DNA from: Isurus oxyrinchus
Lineage: Eukaryota
DNA length: 64,000 nucleotides
Direction of reading: 5' to 3'
NCBI GenBank assembly: GCA_026770705.1
Contig: JANJGN010000020.1
Coordinates: forward strand, 32,984,001 to 33,048,000
Under the pieces are notes generated by a model. The model was not told where the DNA came from and ran no database searches. It saw only the letters and a program-made list of their open reading frames with translations. Made by a program: the position numbers and the translations under genes. This document shows positions 37,830 to 48,839 of the stretch, piece after piece. Each line of letters starts with the position of its first letter. Within the stretch, counting starts at the first letter, position 1.

Positions 37830-38560
37830 GATCACTGAACTCTGCCACATCCTTCAACAGGACCTATGTCTACACAATAGGGCAAAGATGGCACTGCTGT
37901 CACCTTCAACTTCTATACAAGCAGATCTTTTCAGGCAGGAGCAGACAATAGAGCCAACATTTCTCAGTTTGCTTTCCATTGCTGCATCAGGGAGGAGAAG
38001 AAGGTCCTGTACACCAAGAGAGGGGAGTTCATAGATTTCTCTCTCACCAGAGGGATGCAGCAGGAGTGAGCATATTGCTTTGCCAGGGCAATGCGATTTC
38101 CAATGGTGCAGGGAGCCATCGACTGCATGCTAGTCACTGTGCAGGGCCCATATGTAAAAAAAGATGTAATTAAGGGCTGCCACTATATCAATATCCAGTT
38201 AGTGTGTGTAACCATGTTGGTGAATGCCCACTATCTTGGCAGCAGCTATAATGCCTTTATCCTGAGGCAGTCAGCTGTTCCCATGTCGAACCAGAAGCTG
38301 GCTGTATGGTGGCAAATGATACCCTCCAGACAACTGGCTCCCCTCTGTGACCCAATCACACAAGGACAACTTGCCTTTAACGAGAGTTATGCAGTCACAA
38401 GAACATGGTGGAGCAAACCATTGCCATCCTGAAGCAGTGGTTCTATTGACTGGATGCCTGGGGAACCCCTCCAGGACTCACCTGTTCACGTTAATGGTGG
38501 TTTGTGCCATCCTCCACAATCCTTCTATCATGAGGGTGTAGCACTTGCCATCAGGCATTT
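37830..38560 (+). pseudogene. Harbinger DDE transposase relic
   Basis: FPMVQGAIDC…KGCHYINIQLVC…VNAHYLGSSYNAFILRQS…FNESY…MVVCAILHN are PIF/Harbinger (DDE_Tnp_4) motifs GAIDC, KG.HS.N.Q, GS.HD, C..LHN. Confidence 0.85.
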
Positions 38561-39105
38561 GGAGACCACCTCAGGAGGAGGAGGAAAAGCAGACAGGGCG
38601 GAGGGATCTGGGACACCTTTGCTCCGGACGTGTTTCCCTGAGCAGCTACTGACACTCCAGCTTCCCAAGACATCACCCCACCATCACCATTACTCCATAA
38701 TGTCCTATCTTTCAATCTATCTGCAACATCCCATCACAGTGTCCTATTTGCCAAAATTCTGAAATAAAATAAGCATTCCATAATAATTCAAACCAACAAC
38801 ACCTCCAATAATGCAAATAAAACTGAGCAATTCACCTTTGTGCATCCCCATAGTGCCTGTCTTACAGCTGCTTTTGGCCATCCTAATGCTCCTATGCACT
38901 GCTACCCCAGTGGATGCAACATGGCTGGTGGAAGGCTGCTGACTTTCAGTAGAGGAGACTGAAGATGGCCTTGCAGAATAAGTCAGCAGCTCAGGATCCT
39001 AAGGGCCTGGCTTTGGACTTCATCATCTCAGCATGGGCAGCAGCAGTCTGGGTTGGCTGTGAGGCAATATCAAGGGCACTGATTAAGTAGCAGCTGTAGG
39101 AGCAT

Positions 39106-39277
39106 AAAGATAAAAGCAAAAAACTGCGGATGCTGGAAATCCAAAACAAAAATAAAATAAAAATACCTGGAAAAACTCTTCAAAGAGTCATACGGGCTCG
39201 AAACGTTAACTGTGTTCCTGTCCGCAGATGCTGCCAGACCTGCTGAGTTTTTCCAGGTATTTTTCTTTTTATTTTTG
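39106..39277. mobile_element. Miniature hairpin PLE-end insertion
   Basis: Inverted PLE tail (ACTGCGGATGCTGGAAATCCAAAAC…TACCTGGAAAAACTC) joined to a forward pLTR end with 5'-truncated hammerhead GAGTCATACGGGCTCGAAACGTTAAC; TSD TGTAGGAGCAT/TGTAGGAACAT (39095, 39278). Confidence 0.8.
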
Positions 39278-39973
39278 TGTAGGAACATGAATGTTGTCAT
39301 CCTGAGAGGACAGCAGGTTCATCTTCCATGGTGCCACGCTCACTCCCACAGAGGGGCACCTCAGTAATCTTAATAATCTGTTGGACGATGGATTGCTGGA
39401 CTGCTAGGAGACCCTGAATGCCCCTTTGAACACTGAGATCCACCGCCATGATGCTAGCGGTCCAGTCTTCATGACAACGAGCATGAGTCTCATGGCCTCA
39501 GTCTGACTTCCACTGCAGCTCTGAGATGTTGGGTGGCTTCTGTCCGTGCTGCAATGGAAACTGAGCTACCAGATGCTGCATCATGGCTAAGTCTGCAAGT
39601 GTTGACCTTGAGTTGGTCATCGCACCACGCTGGGAGTGATGGACTCCAAACTCTGCACATTACCCTGTGCAAAATCAGAGCTAGACTGCTCCATTCTCCT
39701 TGACAGTAGCAGCAGGATATCCTGCAGGCCTGCCAATACACCAATCATCGTTTGTATGCTCATCAGTGTTCTCCTATATATCACCCCATTGATGTCCTCA
39801 TTTGAGTCCACTGCAGCAAAACCCATCTGTGACCTCACCATCCAAAGAGCTGGCACAAGAGGTGTCCTTTCTCACTGGCCTGGCTGCAGCCCACTCATGC
39901 TCAATGTTTGATCAGATGCAGATCTTGACTCTATACTACCCTCTAAGGTAAAAGCTGTGCCAGTATCTGAGCT

Positions 39974-40201
39974 TTTTGTTTATGATATCTTAGGCAATCT
40001 CCCCTTTGCCTCCACCTATCACTGGCCCTCTATCTAGCTCCACCTGTCCCAACCCCCTTAAACAGCTTATATTTCACCCCATTTCTTATTCCTCTTTAGT
40101 TCTGATGAAGAGTCATACGAACTCGAAACGTTAACACTGTCTTCCTTTCCACAGGTGCTGTCAGACCTGCTGAGTTTTTCCAGCAAATTTTGTTTTTGTT
40201 T
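39974..40201 (+). mobile_element. Solo PLE pLTR 3' fragment
   Basis: Homologous to ~768-995; perfect 13-bp TSD CAGTATCTGAGCT (39961-39973, 40202-40214). Confidence 0.88.
40099..40135 (+). ncRNA. Minimal hammerhead ribozyme motif
   Basis: GTT-CTGATGA-A-GAGT(catacga)ACTC-GAAA-CG-TT^AAC. Confidence 0.72.
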
Positions 40202-41075
40202 CAGTATCTGAGCTAATGGCTGCCATTATCTTATCAAGAGATGGTGCATTTTTCTCAGAGTTCTATAGCAGCTCTCACCTTCCTCATGGGGCTACACTGC
40301 CTGGCCAGAGGGCAGTACTTGTATCTGAAAGCAGAAATGCCGAAGGGGAGAGTTGGGGTGTGGGAAGGCAGGTTGTTTGGAAAGCAAGAGGTCCATGGTC
40401 ATCCCATCAACAGTTTTCACTACATGTCAGAGGTGGGATTTGAGAAGGGGCATACATTAGGAAGATACCATCAACCTGAATGATCTTGGTGATGAAGGAT
40501 GCAATGGGCTCTGTTACAGCTGGCCAGTGATTTGGAACGCCCTCCTCAGGAGGGCTCAGGTGATGCAGGCGTGTCTGTTCCCATCAAGTTCTTTGATGCT
40601 CTTTCCTGTTAAGGACCACCTTGTCCTGTAAAAGAGAGGGAAGATATCAATGATTGTGTTGCACTGTGTTTGGGCAATATGCATGCCATAGCTGAATAGC
40701 TGGAAGCATGTGAAAGCAGCAATAGGTGGTTGGAGGCTGGCAGTATTGGTATGTGTTTGAGGGTGAGGAGAAGTCTTTGAATATTAGGCATGTGCTTTAG
40801 TTGCTGATGGTATGTGGTGCATTGAGCAGTCTGAGAGGTTAGTGTGGTGGGTAGGCGATGTCATGTGAGGATGTATTCACTGACTTTGACTACCCGCATG
40901 AGGTCATTGACGTCTTGCGACACAGCTACCGGATCCTCAGGAATTTGGGAATTAACCAGCCTGGCCCCCTGCTGGAGCACTGCTTCCCTCCTCCTTTGTA
41001 CCTTCTGTACCAATTCCTCCAGCTTTGTGAGGGAAACCTCTCTCTTGCTGCTTCATTTGGTGAGCTTCTCCTTGT

Positions 41076-43007
41076 CCTTTTTTAGGTAGTCTCTCGGGAT
41101 CGAGGATAACTTGATTCCATTCCAGTTTGATGGGCCGCGAGGTGGCTGATAAGTCCAATGGTTGATCTGTGGACTCTGCCACATGCTTGGAGAGTCAGGT
41201 AGATGAGTTGCGGGAGGTTTGTGCACTCTCTCTAATGCCTCGACCTTGCGAGTTCATGCTAAAAACTCTCAATGTGTTCAAGGCCTTCCCGAATGAACCT
41301 TCTCCATTTGGTCTGTCACAAACCAGGGGCCCCCATAAGTGGGTGGGATATCTGATCTCTTCAGGGACGCTTTAAGGACATCACTAAACTGTCTCCATTG
41401 TCCTCCTGGGAACACTCCTGCCATGACCAAGTTCCAAGCAGACAAGTTGCTTCAGGAGTTTGGAGTCAGGTTTACAAAGGAGATGTCTAAGCATGATGTC
41501 CAAACAAGACATGCCAAGCATGGAGAGGTGCTCATCAAGGACACGAAGGCAGTCAGTACTTGCTGGAGACAATATTTTCGGAAAAACTCCTCAAGCAAGA
41601 ATGTTTCTTCAACTTAAACGTCCTCAACTCCATTCCTCAATATCCCATCAGGCTTAGTATCGGCACCACACCAGTCCAGAGTGAAGCTGAAAAATCATCG
41701 ACAGCTGAGAAACAACAAAGCTTCTGGAGCCTGCCAAAATTCTGAAACACAGCAGCGATGCGCTTCTGGCATGGCTAGACAAGCTCATATCCCTCATCTG
41801 GGAAGAGGAGTGAATGCCAGGATATCTCAGGGACCCTGTGATCATGACTATCTTCAAGAAGGGAGACAAGTCCGAAGTCCAATTGCAGTAACTACAAAGG
41901 AGATTCCCTGTCATCTACCACAGGGAAGGTCATTGCAAGGATTCTCCTTAACTACCTACTCCAGTGGCCAAAGAACTCATTCTAGAGTCGGTGTGTTTTT
42001 AACCCATTGAGCCTATCGACATAGGCCCAGAACTTCTGACCTCCTGATGGTCGTATTCTGGAGGTCCACCCCAAGATGCACTGGGGTCCCCTCAGAATTC
42101 CCTCAAACTGACAAAGCAGGAATTGTCCGGGAAGTTTGGACTTCCAATGGGCAATTCTCCCTTGAAACAAAGTCGGAGACTTTGGATGGTTCCAACTCAC
42201 TTCCCAGGAGAAGTTGGAGAGATTAAAACTAGTTCTAACTTCTGGGTAACTATACTATTACCACTGCACCCCTCCACTCCCGATTCTCCATTGGAACCCC
42301 TGACTAACTCCTGCCCATCTGACTACCTGACTACATGCCTCCGACCAACTACCCCTCACCCTCTCCAACCCTATCCCCTCACCTGAACCCCTCACCCACC
42401 CTACTGTCTCACCAACCCTACCCCCTCATCCATTTACTGGCCACCCTGCCCCCTCAGCCACTTACCTTACTCACTTACCTTCTCTCCGTAGCTTCTCAAG
42501 GTGGCTTTGCAACCTTTAAACTTACTGGAACAAAACATCTAGTGCGTTAAAAAGGGGAGCGTGTCTTGTCTTCGCTGATGATCCTGCACTACAAAGAAGG
42601 ACTCTATGCTCAGCGTTTCCAAGGAGGCCCAGTTCGGAAGCCCGGGCAAGAAATTTGGAGCTGTGGTGCAAAGTAAGTAAATAGGAGTGGAGTGGCAATC
42701 TGACAGTGATTTGCTACTCCTCGGAATATTTGGCCCTTGATCTTCACTACGCAGCAAATCCAAGAAAAATCTAAGGAACAGCACCAACTGCTGACATGGC
42801 CTTTCTTGACCTCGTAACAGAGTCTTTGACTCTGTTAGCCATGAAGGCTTATGGAGTATCCTCCTCAAATTTGGCTGCCCTCAGAAATTTGTCACCATCC
42901 TCCGCCTACTCCACGATGGAGCCTATGATCCTCGCCAAGTGGACCACCACATACCGTATCTCGGGGAAAACTGAGGTCGAACAGGGCTGTGTCATCACGC
43001 CAACCCT
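41076..43007 (-). mobile_element. RTE-clade LINE with 5' inversion (3' end minus at ~41085-41420; RT segment plus at ~41420-43015)
   Basis: Minus: PGGQWRQFSDVLK, CGRVHRSTIGLISHLAAH and an RTE tail. Plus: QLRNNKASG, IFKKGDKS, MAFLDL…LKFGCPQKFV, QGCVITPTLFS. 11-bp TSD CTTCTCCTTGT (41065-41075, 43008-43018). Confidence 0.85.
42024..42736 (-). mobile_element. Non-autonomous TIR repeat inserted in the RTE RT
   Basis: Imperfect TIRs GGCCCAGAACTT … GAATATTTGGCCC; interrupts RTE coding; homologous to 30463-35760. Confidence 0.65.
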
Positions 43008-45795
43008 CTTCTCCTTGTAATCACTTTCTCCACAGACAGTTTGCAGCTTCTGTGTAATGAATGCAGCTCTTGTTTAAGAGGGGCAGATAGCCTTTAAGGC
43101 ATGCAGTTAGCTGAAACACATGCTAGCCCTCCGCGCTGCTGGGCCCCCTTTTCAGCCAGCAGCAAGGGTTGCACTCAGCATGCTGAAATAATTCAAATCG
43201 GGAGGCAGCGTGAAGGCTGCATGCCACTTGTCGCAACAGAAGCAGATGCAGGGTAGCCGCGTATCTTCCTAAAACAAGCGTGCTCAAATCTATCCCCCAT
43301 TACTGAAAATTTGAAGCTACTAAAGATATTATAGAACATACTGAATTATTATTAGTAAAAAGTTTCTTCGTGCACTACTATGTTAGTCATCAAGTGGTGC
43401 CATGTTGGCTTCAGTAATGCAGCACCTGGGATTTCATTGGTGAAAATAGATTCGTCAGTGAAGAGCATAAATCTGAGAAATTACACTTAAAAAGTTCCAA
43501 CAGGTATATTAAAAATATTGGTTAATAAAGAAGATTCCCTAATGTTACAAATCTAATTCAAAAAAATAAACCAGAGTTGAGATTATTCTTTGGTGATTTG
43601 CTTTTATTAAAAAAAATGATTGTTGGAGTCAACTCCTATAATGAAAAAGTTTATCCTCATGAAACAAAAAGCTACTCTTAGTTGGAGTTAGTTCTATTCT
43701 GCTGTTGCTAATTGATCTGAAATAAAGGGGAAAGTTAGATTGCTTCTATACAGCAATCTGCAAAACATAGTACAGCATGTTAGTTACTGCAGATACCACC
43801 CAGAAAAACCATATGAGCATAACCATTTGTGGAACTGAAATAAAATGACACATTTATAATGAAGCTATTAGTACATGCTGAAGCTTTTGTTTTGATCACG
43901 ACTCATTATTAGCGATGAGCTGTGAAACATGACCCGAATTCCAATTCATCTGAGTTTGGCTGGTTTATTCCAAGTGAGAAGTTGAATATTTTCCTAATTT
44001 ATGGGAATGTGGCTATTCTAATGAAGACAATAGTGACCTGTACGCAGGTGGGTCACCTTGCCATTTTGATACATTCTGCACATATGAAATACAATGCTGA
44101 TAACACACAAAATTAAATTTACATGCCTCCATATTTATCTCATGCAGCAGGCAACTGGAAGGAAACTATACATATATTCTATTAATGAAAGATTGTCCTG
44201 AACTTTTTATTTTTCATCAATACCATCTGATTTCAAAGTGTTGATTCAAAAATGTTCTGCCTGCCTGTGACTAAGACGTCCAGAATGAACAGAGCACAAT
44301 GTGCCATCTTGATTAGCCTTTCTGGAGGACAGTTGGCATTTTCCAAAGTGTGGTGGCTCAGAGGTAGTAATTGAAACCATTACTAGATGGCCAAGTCCAA
44401 CTAATTGTAGAATAACTGCCAGAGTCTGGTGCTGATGTTCAGTATTCATATGGTTGTGTCCGTGTTTGCAGGGCTGACTGAGTTTGTTCCTTGGTTGCCT
44501 CAGAATATCCCATGATTATTTTCTGTGATGTGTGCAATCTGGAGGTTGTGTGCATGAGCAGTGTTGTGTATTCCATTCTGCCTTGTGTTGTGTGATGTCA
44601 TATGTGCCTGCATGCCATTGTAATATAAAGGTGTTCAGCAGAGCAAGGGTTAATGCGGGACTGGAGAACAGCACCATCCACGATATGATGTATAGAGTTA
44701 CATGGTAATAGACTGAGAAAATAGTATAGAGAGAACACTCTAAAAGCAGCCTACCTGCACAGTGAGCAGCACCATGCATGTCAATACCTGGGATCTGTAA
44801 ACAGTTAAAGACTACCAAAAAAGGGTTCATGTTTAAACACACAAGACCCTCTCATCAATGAGTCACAACAACCAAACTAATATTGCAACATGGTTGACAG
44901 CAGTGGACTACAATTTGATATGAAAGGTGGCAGCATTTTAAACAATGAATCCAGACCAGTATCCCAAGGTATGAAGCACTAAAGGCAGCTGAAGCCAGAC
45001 CAGGGAGTGGTATACCTAAGAAGAAAATTTGAAGAAACAGTTGAAGAAGCTTCATTACAAACTTGGAAGTGAGGAACCCACCAGAGTGAGTAGAAGTTGT
45101 TTGCAAGACCCCGGAGTGATGCAGGGTAAGAAAGAAAAAAAACCTGGTCAGATCACGAAGATGGGTGAGCAAAATTACAAAAATTGCAAAACCGTGAGTG
45201 ATGCAGTGTGGAGAATACTGAACAGTTCACAAGATGGTGAGTAGAAATTACAGAAAGAAGCTGTATTTATGTTATAGAATAGGTGGCAGTCCCAGGGCTC
45301 AGCATATCCATAGAGAAGCTGGAACACAACTGCAAGTAAAAAAAAAAGTTTATAAAAAACTGTAGAAAAATAAAAGATAAAGGAAAATCTGCAGAGCAAA
45401 AATTGCTGCTGTTCTGAAGGCTTTAAAAAAAAGGCAAGCAGAACACACAAAGAAGAGCTGCAGCTTTAATTTTTTTAAAAAGGGCCCCGATTGGACCATG
45501 AGCCTGCCAAAACTCCCAAAGCATGGGATGTCCAACATCAAAGGGACCCGCAGAGCTAAAAGAAACAACAGAAATAATCACCCAGAAAAGAGATGTTACT
45601 GTTTTGAAAGTTTTAAATAGTTTAGAAAAAGGCTAACGATCACTGGAGAGCCCACCAACATCAGAAAAGTGTGGGAAACCTACAGCAAAGAAAGCCGACA
45701 GCTGCAGAGACAGCCTGAGTGAAGAAAATGGATTCTGCCCTGACCATCTTAAAGCAGTAATAAAATTTAAAGCTGTAACTACAAGCAAACAAAAA

Positions 45796-46075
45796 ATGGC
45801 CATGGACAGCAACTTAGAAGAGCCACTGGCATTTCTGCTATGGAAAGAGCTAAACTGGATTCAAGAGTGGGAGTTTTGGAGAAGACAATTTTTACTGTAC
45901 AGGAGAAGTACAAGCTTAAATAAGGAGTTAGAAGAAGTGCAAGTTGATAATTTTGTATTCATCTTTGGCTTATTTGCTGATGAATTATTTCACAGCTGAC
46001 AAATAGATCAACACTCAACAACATTTGGTGAGTTCTTAAAAGGCTTTGACAGATATTTAAACCCCAAGGTGTGGA
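45796..46075 (+). pseudogene. Mag-type Gypsy gag N-terminal domain relic
   Basis: MDSNLEEP..F…WEFWRRQFLLYRRSTSLNKELEEVQV…IFG..ADELF…TFGEFLKGFDRYLNPK fits the Mag gag pattern W..W..RF..Y…S.L…QV…MG..A…FD.YF.PK. Confidence 0.65.
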
Positions 46076-46239
46076 GACCGCAGACCCCAGAAGATGGTCT
46101 AGCACACTCCCAATAAACCAGTGAGGCCAACAAGACACTCCAGAGAAAGGGCGACAAAAGACCCCGGAGTGACAGAGCCAAATGACCCCAGAGCAAGGGA
46201 GGCAGATGGCAATGCAGAGTGAGCAGATGGCTGTGAATG

Positions 46240-47270
46240 CAGAAAAGCTACCTGAGGGAATTCAAAAGAAGCAAAATGTGCAAAGCACAAATGAAGCTGT
46301 GCTGGAGGGAAATGCTCACATCAGAGCTGAACTGGAAGATTTGAAGCACAAGATCCAAGCTGAGTATATACCTCTGAAATGCATGATAAACTGAAGTCTT
46401 TAATGAGCCAAGCTGTTCAAGATCTGAGCAAACAAATTTCAGAGATGACACAAAGGCATCAGGAGGAAATAATGACTCTCAATTCCACAGTTGGCAACTC
46501 AAGGCAGGAGTTGGGAAAACTAAAGCAAATGTATAGCCAGACAAAACAGCAGGCAGAAAAGGCATGCAAAGAGGTTGCGACCCTGAAAGTCTTCTTGAAG
46601 AGTCAATATGTAGCCATGAGGACCGACAGAAATGTTGAATATAACCTAAGAAAAAGCTGTGTTGGAAATATCTGTAGCAATAAAACAATGGACTGAAGCC
46701 CTAAGTGAGTTGGCAAGAGGTTAACAAGAAAATGAACAGTTGAAAGAACAGTTGTGTCCTTCAAGGTCAAATACAAAAGGAATGCATAACCATTCAGCAA
46801 CATAAGACTGTCTTAAATGGCAGAATGGAAGCACAGCAGAAGAAATTAGAGGACCATCTGCTGAATTACAGGAAAGCGCAAAATGAAGCAAGTGAGCTTC
46901 GCATAGAAAAGGAAAACCTGTTGTAAGACCTTCATATAGTACAAGAATCATTTAGGTCAAAGTTTATTTCTCTGGCACATTACGAAGAGAAGGAAAATGA
47001 ATTTAAGGCCACACTGAAAAACTGAAGAACCAGTTGGCAGAGAAGGCTCAACAATGTTCTATATTTCAGGAGGAAGCCAAAAGCTACAGGAAACAGACTG
47101 AAGAGCTGAAGAAGAAGTTGAATGGAAAAGGAGAACTTTCCAAGCTGCAAGCAGATAATGAAACCATAAGTAGCACAATTGCAGAACTGAATCAAGTTAA
47201 CACTTCGGAGACAGACCAGGCCAACAGTACAACCAAAATGAGGGATAAGGACAAAATTCTACTGTGACCA
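46240..47270 (+). pseudogene. Frameshifted coiled-coil coding module resembling the UACA (UACA/RAI14/ANKRD24 family) central coiled coil
   Basis: Repeating (Y/F)(I/V)(P/S/A)L..H/YE motifs: IQAEYIPLK.HDKLK, LKSQYVAM, QGQIQKECITIQQHK…LLNYRKAQNE, RSKFISLAHYEEKENEFKATLK.LKNQLAEKAQQCSIFQEEAKSYRKQTEELKK. The similarity to UACA is judged from memory, not from a search. Confidence 0.65.
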
Positions 47271-48839
47271 GAGAACCAAAAGACAGAAATAAGATCAGAA
47301 AATATAAATCCGACACTGAAACACAAGGAACTAGAAGAAGAAAAAGCATTGGATGTCTCAGAGGTATTGAGAACCACTGAGCTGAATGAAAAGATTTATA
47401 AGCTTGTGAAACGCTTTGAAAATAGCACACAAATGTTTCGTGACATTGTGAAACAAGTGAAAATGAAGGTTCCATTTGCAAAACGCAAACGTCCTCAGCA
47501 AGAACATGGCGGACACCACAGAAAAGGAAAATTCAACTCCACTCCAAGAATGAATGGAGTGTACATTCCCCTTGGAAGGAATGGGAAAAACCCACATTGT
47601 CCGAAAAAAGGAGACAAGTTATTTATGAAGAGAATCCTAACTCGAAGGAGTGCAAAAAGCAAATCAAATGAAGATAGCCAAGTACCAGAAACACAGAGTA
47701 CATCTAACATTCTTCCAAATGTGACAGACCAAGGTGTGAAAGAACTGTGGAGCCTCAAGACCATCTGAATTTATACAGTCAGAGACTTGAAATGGGGGAG
47801 CAGGAATAGCAAGTAAAGATTGTATTGTAGTACTCTGTTGGAAGAGGGGAAAGTTTTCTTTGAAGAAAAAAGGGGGATGTTGTATGATGTTGTATGCGCC
47901 TGCATGTCATTGTAATGTAAAGGTGCTCAGCAGAGCAAGGGTTAATGTGGGACTGCAGAATTGCACTGCCTACGGTATGATATATAGAGTCACATGCTGA
48001 GAGAACAATCTAGAGAGAATACTCTAGAAGCAGCCTGTCTGCATGATGAGCAGCATCATGTATGACAATATCTGGGATCTGTAAATAGTTAAAGACTACC
48101 AATAAAGAGTTCATGTTTAAACACACAAGACCCTGTCATCAATGAGTCACAACTACCGAACCCACATTACAACACCTTGTTTTTCTAAAGTCACTGCGGA
48201 ATCCCTGCACTCCTCTGAGCATACTTATGCTGAAGCTTTTGCACATGCACAATGACACAAGTGTTGCATTTCCTGTATTTTGATCAGCTGGGTAAACAAG
48301 CATTAATAGATGCATGTAAGCGGTAGCCAAAACACACACTGTCACAATTGTGAAATCAACCAGGGATTCAAATTCAGAACTTAGAAAGAAATTAATATGC
48401 CAAGCTTTTTATTTGCTAGGGGAAATCTTATTCTCTGAAGCACAAAACAGATGCAAAAACAGGAGACACCCTGAAGCAGACTCTTCTCTATTTGCACTGT
48501 CCTAGGAATTCTGTGGTGTCTCTGAACAAATATTCAGATTGTGAAATAACAGCTCCACCCACCTCATTTTGTTCTCTGTACTCTTGATGGACACACACCA
48601 AGGACAGTCAGGCCTCATACCCTATCCCAGCCCCATTCAACATCAGAAGAATTAAGAAAAAGTAAGCAGCAAAAAGATAGAACCAGCAAAAATATTTTTT
48701 GGAAGGTTTCTTGCAACATCTTTGAGTTGAATGCTTATATGGATGCTGATTCGGGGCAGGTGCCACAGTGTTGGGATGTTGTGTCAGAGAAATGCCTGGC
48801 CTATTAAAATGAATTCATCAATAAAGGTGTGTTCAGTTG

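Larger units (their letters stand above)
39300..41060 (-). pseudogene. Harbinger Myb/SANT-like DNA-binding protein relic (intron-containing)
   Basis: Minus strand: …KLEELVQKVQRRRE…LVNS…CRKT.NDLMRVVK|gtcagt…ttacag|DKVVLNRKEHQRT…LSPPEE, an MSANTD-type trihelix pattern with GT-AG junctions. Confidence 0.7.
37381..43298. mobile_element. Degenerate PIF/Harbinger DNA transposon (transposase +, Myb/SANT gene -, convergent) with nested PLE, RTE and MITE insertions
   Basis: Transposase relic 37830-38560 plus spliced Myb/SANT relic on the opposite strand; ends approximate. Confidence 0.7.
44586..48174 (+). mobile_element. Non-autonomous LTR retrotransposon carrying a gag N-terminus fused to a UACA-like coiled-coil, no pol
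   Basis: LTRs 44586-44890 and 47878-48174 (TGTTG…CAACA); perfect 5-bp TSD CCTTG; degenerate Leu-type PBS TGGTTGACAGCAGTGG; PPT GAAGAAAAAAGGGGGA. No RT, RNase H or IN core motifs. Confidence 0.92.

Noticed and set aside
41140-41180. CTGATAAG-TCCA…TGGA as a hammerhead or HDV-like ribozyme
   Set aside because: No GAAA after the stem; the region is the antisense of the RTE C-terminal zinc-finger codons.
46240-47270. A genuine host UACA locus or processed pseudogene
   Set aside because: No ankyrin exons, splice context or poly(A); it is embedded between LTRs with PBS, PPT and TSD and is frameshifted.
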